This document shows, piece after piece, positions 57,800 through 64,000 of a DNA stretch of 64,000 bases; position 1 is the first letter of the stretch, and every line of letters starts with the position of its first letter. Location of the stretch: the NCBI GenBank assembly GCA_036172245.1, contig JAYWIR010000038.1, forward strand, positions 310,001 to 374,000. The letters run 5' to 3'. Both the position numbers and the translations under genes were made by a program. The stretch comes from Raillietiella orientalis (Eukaryota). Under the pieces are notes generated by a model. The model had not been told where the DNA came from and made no database searches. It was given only the letters and a program-made list of their open reading frames with translations.

Positions 57800-59650
57800 T
57801 TTCCGGAACACTGCAAGTGACTTTCCTAGATGGCAAAAGCACACCTGCCGCAGCCAAGAGAGGGAACCGGGGAAGAGCTTGGGGACTTCCTGAGATCGAC
57901 CCAGGGATGCTCAGGAACTGGGAGGCGAAGGAGCACTCCCGGCCGGGAAGCCGAGGTGCTTCCCTCTGCGTCTAATCGACTCCTCCTCAGAGCCATCCTG
58001 CAGCGGCAGCCGCACGGGAGGGGGCGCCCCCACAGCGTCCCCCGAGGCCAAGGAGGCGTCTCCACAGAGACCTTGATGCCCCCGTCCCTTCAAAGGAGGA
58101 TCGAAGGAGGCAGCAGTCGGAGCTTCGGCTTCCGGACGAGAAGACGGCGGACTCCCTGGCGGCGTTGCACCTCGAGACGTCGGGCGCCCTCGAAGGGAGG
58201 TCACGCGTCTCTGCGGATGACTGCAGCCGTCGTGTCTCTCAGGGGCGACGTGGGATGCACACCAGCCCATTTCCGGATCGGTCCAATCTTAAGGTAGGTC
58301 CCGAAGGCGTCCTCTTTGCTCTGTTTTTCCTCGCCGTCCGGACCGAAAGCTTCTTCTGCTGCCGATGATGATGACGGTGGTCGCGGTGATGCTCCGAACG
58401 CGAGGCGCTCGCAACCCCCACCGCCATCACAACACACGATAGGATTGTTCCACGCCACATCTGTCCGCGCGGGTCCTTTGTTGTCGTTTGCTTGCAGTGC
58501 CCTTCGGCTGCCCTCCGGATGCCGTGCCGCCACCTCCCTGACGAAGTTCCTCCAAGTGCTGGCGCTACCCTTCTTTCCGGTGAAGGTCTCTTCTCTGAGG
58601 AGGAAGAGGGTGCCTCCCCGAGCGTCCGGTGGATGCCTCCAGATGGCAGAGTTCTTCGGTGCCCCCATTCCTCTCTCTTCCTGCAGCTGTTGCTTCCTCA
58701 AGGCCACGGAATGACGCTGAGCCACCGAGTCGCCCTCCTGGCTCCGCACCACCGAGGACGCAGCCGACGACTTCGCAAGTGGGAACGTCCCCCCCTCCTC
58801 TGTCTGCGTTTTCACGAGTCTTCCGGTTTGGGAATGAGGTCCGTCTCCGAGAGGGCATCGTCTGGGCAACGAGAGCGAACTGCGTCAGTCAGCCGTCCGC
58901 GCGGGCTTCCGGTCGATACGCGGGGAACGAACCGCGTCCGCGGCTCGGACTTCGCCGTCCCGACGCCGGACAAGCGGACCCTCGGCTGCCCAACTTTCCC
59001 CTCTCGAAGAGATCCATCCGTCGGGGGTGCTGCGTCGTGACAGCTCCCTCATCCCAAACCAGGGAATGATAGAGCCAGAGAGCCACGGGAAGAGTGAAGT
59101 GCGGTCCGAGGAAGAGCAAAGCCCGCGAGGGCGCCGGGCGAAGCAAGCTCCCCCTGGCTTTCCGGGAGGCGGGAAGAATAGGGAGGAGCGCGGACCTGAG
59201 GGAAAGGGGCGGGCGCGAAAGGGGAAGCAGCCCTGATCCTCGCCTCATCTCCTTCCTCTTCCTCGCAGCCTCCAGACTCCCCGTGACCTGCAATGCGACC
59301 TGAAGGATGGGCTCAGAGGACTCGCCGAAGAGCTGGCCTCTTCCTAGGGGGGACGGAACGGCCGCCACCAACCAGAAGGGCGGGGGTTCCGCGTCCTCCG
59401 ACGACTGGAAAACGCGTGCCAGGCGGAGCAGTCCCGCAACCTCACGGAGCGATTCCTCCTCCTCCTCCTCGGATGGTGGGAGGTGCCGTCCAGACCCTCC
59501 CGCGAGAGCTTCGTGCTCCTGCTGCCAGGCTGCAGCATGAGCGAGGATGCCTTCCTTGCGCCGCGGTTCCCCGGCGCGGCGAGCACCCACGCGAGTCCAA
59601 CCGCGGCCAATCCACTGTCGGCGACCCTTGAGGAACGCCGCAGGGAAGAA
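57800..59650 (-). mobile_element. Decayed Ty3/Gypsy LTR retrotransposon pol (RNase H followed by integrase)
   Basis: Ordered remnants: GSGRHLPPSE...REVAGLLRLARVF (RNase H, cf. ASRxLSxAE..RExLAIVWA), LPLSRPP (cf. ADALSR), RKWAGVHPTSPLRDTTAAVI (cf. TKWxEAxPLxDxTAxxV) and GIKVSVETPPWPRG (cf. GIxHxxxTPYWPxxNG). The RH-then-IN order fits Gypsy. No LTRs identified. Confidence 0.55.
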
Positions 59651-60199
59651 GTCCCTCCTGGTCGGGGGAGCGCAGAGTCGTCTCCGGGGTCCAGCGCGGG
59701 CTTCGGAAGGTGCTGCACAGGCAGCGACCCTTTCTTTCAGTCTCCGTCGAGCGGCGGCTGCCCGTCTTCCCAGGACTCTGGCTGGGGATTCGTGGGGAGT
59801 CCTCTGCAAGTTGCGCCCACATGGGCGAGTGACCCCGGAATGACCGCCCCACCCTTGGTCACCGGGTGACTTTCTTGTGTATTCGTCGAGTGAAACTTTT
59901 AGAGTACTTTTGGAGGAGCCTTCAGGCCTCATTGGGGCAGAAGTCCATAGGCGAATAGGGAACTGAGGGATGGATCGGCCTCGCTTCCCTCGCTGGACAT
60001 GATTCCCAGGTGCCTCCCTCCGGAAAGGTAAGGGAGTTGCGATCCCTGGTTCTGGTTCACTCTGTCCGCGGTCGTTCCTGGGCGCCCCGAGTCCCGGATC
60101 AGACCACCGTCCCACCCTTCGCTCGCAGACGATCCGGCGGCGGCCACGCTCCCTCGCTCGCTCCGATGACGGCTTTCGGCCTCAACAGGTGGAGCCGGA

Positions 60200-62720
60200 G
60201 GCGGATGGTCAGCCCGGAGATGTGAAAAGCCGTGTGATCAGGTCATGCGGAGCGGTATCCAGGAACCCGAGTGGCCCCTCGCGGCGCGCCTCCAGAGTCG
60301 CTGCAGTTCGTCGCATTCGCGGCGCACATGCGGAAGCGCCTGCGCCTGCGGGCGTCACTCCTTGGGGACTCTCCGTGGGGGCGTTCCCCGCTCCGAGGAA
60401 GGCCGGAATGCACCAGGAAGGCAGAGATCGTGGAAGAAAGACGGAGGCATCGATTGGCAAGTGCACTTCGTTCGACCTCTCCGAACTGACCAGGTGAGAA
60501 GCCTCTGCTCCCTAGGCAGCTGGACCCCGAGGAGACTCCATGCGAAAGGGAAGGGTTTCCTGGAGGAACCCTCCACTCCAGGAAGTGATGCGAGGATCTG
60601 CTGCCGGCTCGGGGGTGCTTTCGGAGGAAGGCCGCTCTCGCTCCGATCGCTGCCTGAGGGTGTCTCTGGGGAGGCGCAGTCGGCGCCTGCCGGTGAAACC
60701 TGCGGAGGGGGTGCACGCAGGGTTCTCCGCTGCTCCCATAGCCAGGAGAAGCGGTGCATCCATCAGGCTGTTCTGCGCGTCCTCGTGGACCTAGCGCTGA
60801 ATCGCCCTCTGGAGTGTGTGTCATCCCCGTTGGTGAGCGCCAAGAGTGCTCGAGACGGGACCGGGGTGTTGTCTTGTGCGCGCGCGCGGGACTCCCCCGA
60901 TCGGCACGCAGGCGAGTTGAGGAGGTGCGTTGCATCCGTGGCGCCCCCACAAGGTCTGCCAGCAAGCGGACAAAGTCCTCCATCCTCCGGGCAGCGCCTC
61001 CTCGGCTACCTTGACCTCGCCTCTCCCTGTTTGCCGCCGCGGAACTGCGGTCAGCGAGATCGAACCTAAGGAAGCTGAGCCGAAGACTATGCGGTAGCTC
61101 CAGGAGGTCCCGGCTCCTGGAGAGTGTGAGTCGCGCAAGACGGGCTCGAGAATACTCGACGGCGACAAACGTCACCTCCTCCCCCCCTCCTTCCCGAGGG
61201 GCAACCAGAGGGAGAAGAGAGGCCGGCCTCTGGGATGCTCCTTCTCAAGAGCACTCAAGGCTCGCGTCGAAAGCCTTCTCAAGAATGCGAAGGTGCCCTC
61301 GCTGCTATCCTTCCTCCCTGGTGAAGAAGCCCTCTCCTCCGAAAAGAAAAAGGATGCTGCTCCGAGGGGGTGTTTGTCCGAGGTCCGGTGAATGGCATAT
61401 GGGTAGCTAAGACGACGAGCAGGAGGGACATTAAGCCTTGCCCTTTCGGAAGCAGCGACGAGCCTCCCACCCCAATTGCCTCGAGGAGGAGCCACGATCG
61501 GAGCAGGCAGGCGGTGGCGGGGTATGGGAACGGTCTCCTGGCAACCGGAGATCAGGATCTCCCTACCCAAGTCTTCTCGGAGGCGCTGTCGGAGGTGAGC
61601 GGGCGCGCATCAACGGGCGCAGGAATTGGCGCATGCGCTCGCAACACCGCCTGGTCTCCTTTCCTTTCCGCCTCTCACCGATCTCCTTCTTTTCGTCTTC
61701 CCTTTGGCATGGTGAAGTCCAGGAAACTCCTGCAATTGCGCGAGACGTCTCCGAGTCCTCACGCGCAGGTGGAAAATTCTTCCCCGTGGAACTCTTGGCC
61801 CAGACGGAAGGGAGGAGGTTCCGTTTCGAGAATGGGGGCCGGGACACGGAGAAAGCGGCAGGAGGCAAACCCTCGTGGATGGATGTCGTCACCCTCCGAA
61901 GTGAAAAAAAAAAATTGAGACCAAAAGTGAAAGGGAAAGGACGTGGGGAGGACCAGAGTCCCACCCTCCTTCCTGCGGGTGCTGAGGAGGAACCACACAG
62001 AAAGCACAGCCGCATGGACACAGATGGCCAAGAAAGCTCGAGCCCGAAGGAAAACTCGAAGTGAAGGAACCCCCCGATGCCCCGGACGGCATCTCTGGTG
62101 CCATCTGGCAAGAGAAGGCGCCCTCTGGTGCGTTCGGGATCCCCCAGGAAGCTCAGAGTTGTTCCCGGAACGCTATCCGAGCTCCTTGGTCAACACCAGC
62201 GTCGCTCCGGACAACCTCATCCCTCCGCTCCCTTCCAGTGATGACGTTTTTGCTCGCTGGTGTTTGGAAATGGTTCGAATTCTACCACGGACGGGACGCG
62301 CCCTCATTCTCATCTTTGTGGGAAGATGGCATGAGATTGGAGGGCTTCGCGGCAGATGGGGTTGCCGCCAGCTAAGCTGGACGCCTCCCAAGAGACGCAT
62401 TCGTTTGTCGCTCGAGGTCAGTGCAGCCGAAGGGCTGTGATCCTTCCCGACCTCCCTGCGCCACAGCTGAACAGGGACACGGCGTCTTGTCTCCCGCCCG
62501 GCAGGCACGAAACTTCGAACCGAAAAGACCAACGGATCGACGTGCAAGCAGCATCGCACTGGTGACTGCGTTCGCGAAGTGGGAAGCAGCTCCACTGCGT
62601 CCCATGGCGACAGCCTCCCCGGTTTGTCCCGGATTCTTTCCAGAACAGCGAGGAGTTATTTACCGGTCCCACGACGGCGCGGCTCTCACACACAAGGCTG
62701 GGACACACTCGAGGAGGACC
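60200..62720 (+). mobile_element. Decayed L1-like LINE 5' part (ORF1 and start of the ORF2 endonuclease)
   Basis: ORF1-like VLRVLVDLALNRPL (~60770-60810). ORF2 start MVRILPRTGR (62270, cf. MxILSWNVRG) and KLDASQETH (~62375-62400, cf. DIxxLQETH). Frameshifted. Confidence 0.35.
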
Positions 62721-64000
62721 CGTGTGCGTGCCATCCTGAAAGCAGAGGGTAAAGAATGGTGGATGTGGTTTCCCAGCCAACGCGCAGAGACTGAAATGCT
62801 ACGGGAGGGGGGGGGGGGAGAACAAACATGGCGTCGTCGCGCGACCATCTTCAAGCTCGTTAGTTCAGCCCCCGAAGAGTCACGGAGCGATTCTGTCGCG
62901 AGCGAGACACGGGTGCCCCCACCGGCTGCCGGGACAGGTGTCTGCGGCGCTCCCCCTCGGCACCCGGCAAAGGTGGCCGCCCGCAGAGAAACGAAAAACA
63001 TCCTCTCTGGAGCACACACTTGTTGTTGTTACTGCTGGGGCAGAGAGAGAGGTTGGCTTCATGGGTTCACGGGAGCGACCCCGGGAATCCCAGTGACACA
63101 AGCCGAGGTTCCGCGTTCGAGGAGATCCCAGCGGGAGCCCACGGGGACGGTCGCGAAACGGAGTCGGGCCCAGAGCGTTTCTGGAACGGGGGATCCCACG
63201 GGGCGGCACCGGAAGGCCAACAATGGGCAGGCGGAGCTAAATATAGATCTCGATCAATGGACGGCGGCCGGTTAACGGAATGTCGGAGGAGGCGGGCGAA
63301 GCTCCGCTCCGGTGTAAAAAGGAAATGGAGGCCTCTCCGCTCGACGGCGCTGCGCAAAAGCGCGTGGGGTGGTCGCCTGGCCCGCCGCCGCGCCGCGATC
63401 CCACCCCCAAGCTGGGACACGGGGGACGCCGGAATCGTACCACCCGCAAGCAAACCGGGGGAAGCCGATCTTGGACGCGGAACGGGAGGCGAAATGCCCA
63501 GGTGAGCAGAATCGCAGGGAGGTGGGGAGGGAACGAACTGCGTAAGCATGGAATCCATGAATGTAAAAAAGAAAGCTGACCTCGATATTCAAAAAGTGAA
63601 CGGTGGGAAAGATGCCGATGCGCCTTCATTCCAACGATTTTTTTTTTTTTTTTTTCCCCCCCTCACCACGTTTTTAGCCCAGTTTCCCAGAGGCTGATTA
63701 TCAAAGGGACCAAGGCGAATGCTACCTTGCCAGTCAGGCCGAAACATCCGCTACGTTCCGAGCCCAGCTTCTTCGTCCTGCATCTCGAATGATGGATTTT
63801 CATCAATTCGGAAACTCGGGAGGGTCCGTCGTGGCACGCTTTTTCCGTGATGCCGAATTCATTTGTGGCGTGATGCTGAGCTGCATCATTACCGACAGAT
63901 TTAGACGTGCTCCGTGCGGAGGGCCGTCTCTGCTTTCGTTTTCGGTCACCACTCGGAACGCCGCCGCGCGCGGTTCGCCGACGTTTTCGACGGACCCGGG

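Overview
Eukaryotic (animal, most likely arthropod) genomic DNA with very short spliceosomal introns (39-60 nt), frequent poly-G/poly-C tracts and a mosaic GC/CpG composition. Four intact-looking spliced genes were reconstructed by hand. (1) A small acidic Df31/prothymosin-like chromatin protein (+, 8571-11062). (2) An 11-exon, ~689-aa PLAT-domain lipoxygenase with all iron ligands, a Gly at the R/S-determining position and an MGxxxS N-terminus (-, 14974-31343). (3) An ABCC1/MRP1-type long ABC exporter (-, 32634-38616), lying only ~1.3 kb upstream of the lipoxygenase on the same strand. (4) An unrecognised ~159-aa secreted precursor with basic cleavage sites (-, 54341-56695). The rest is mostly heavily decayed mobile DNA: L1/Tx1-like LINEs, a tRNA-derived SINE family, Ty3/Gypsy RNaseH-integrase, Helitron Rep, and hAT-like and USP-protease-like fossils inside a lipoxygenase intron, plus low-complexity repeats. 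The most intriguing signals are the lipoxygenase + MRP1 tandem (possible oxylipin synthesis-export module) and the orphan secreted precursor. All family calls come from motif recognition by eye, not from database searches.
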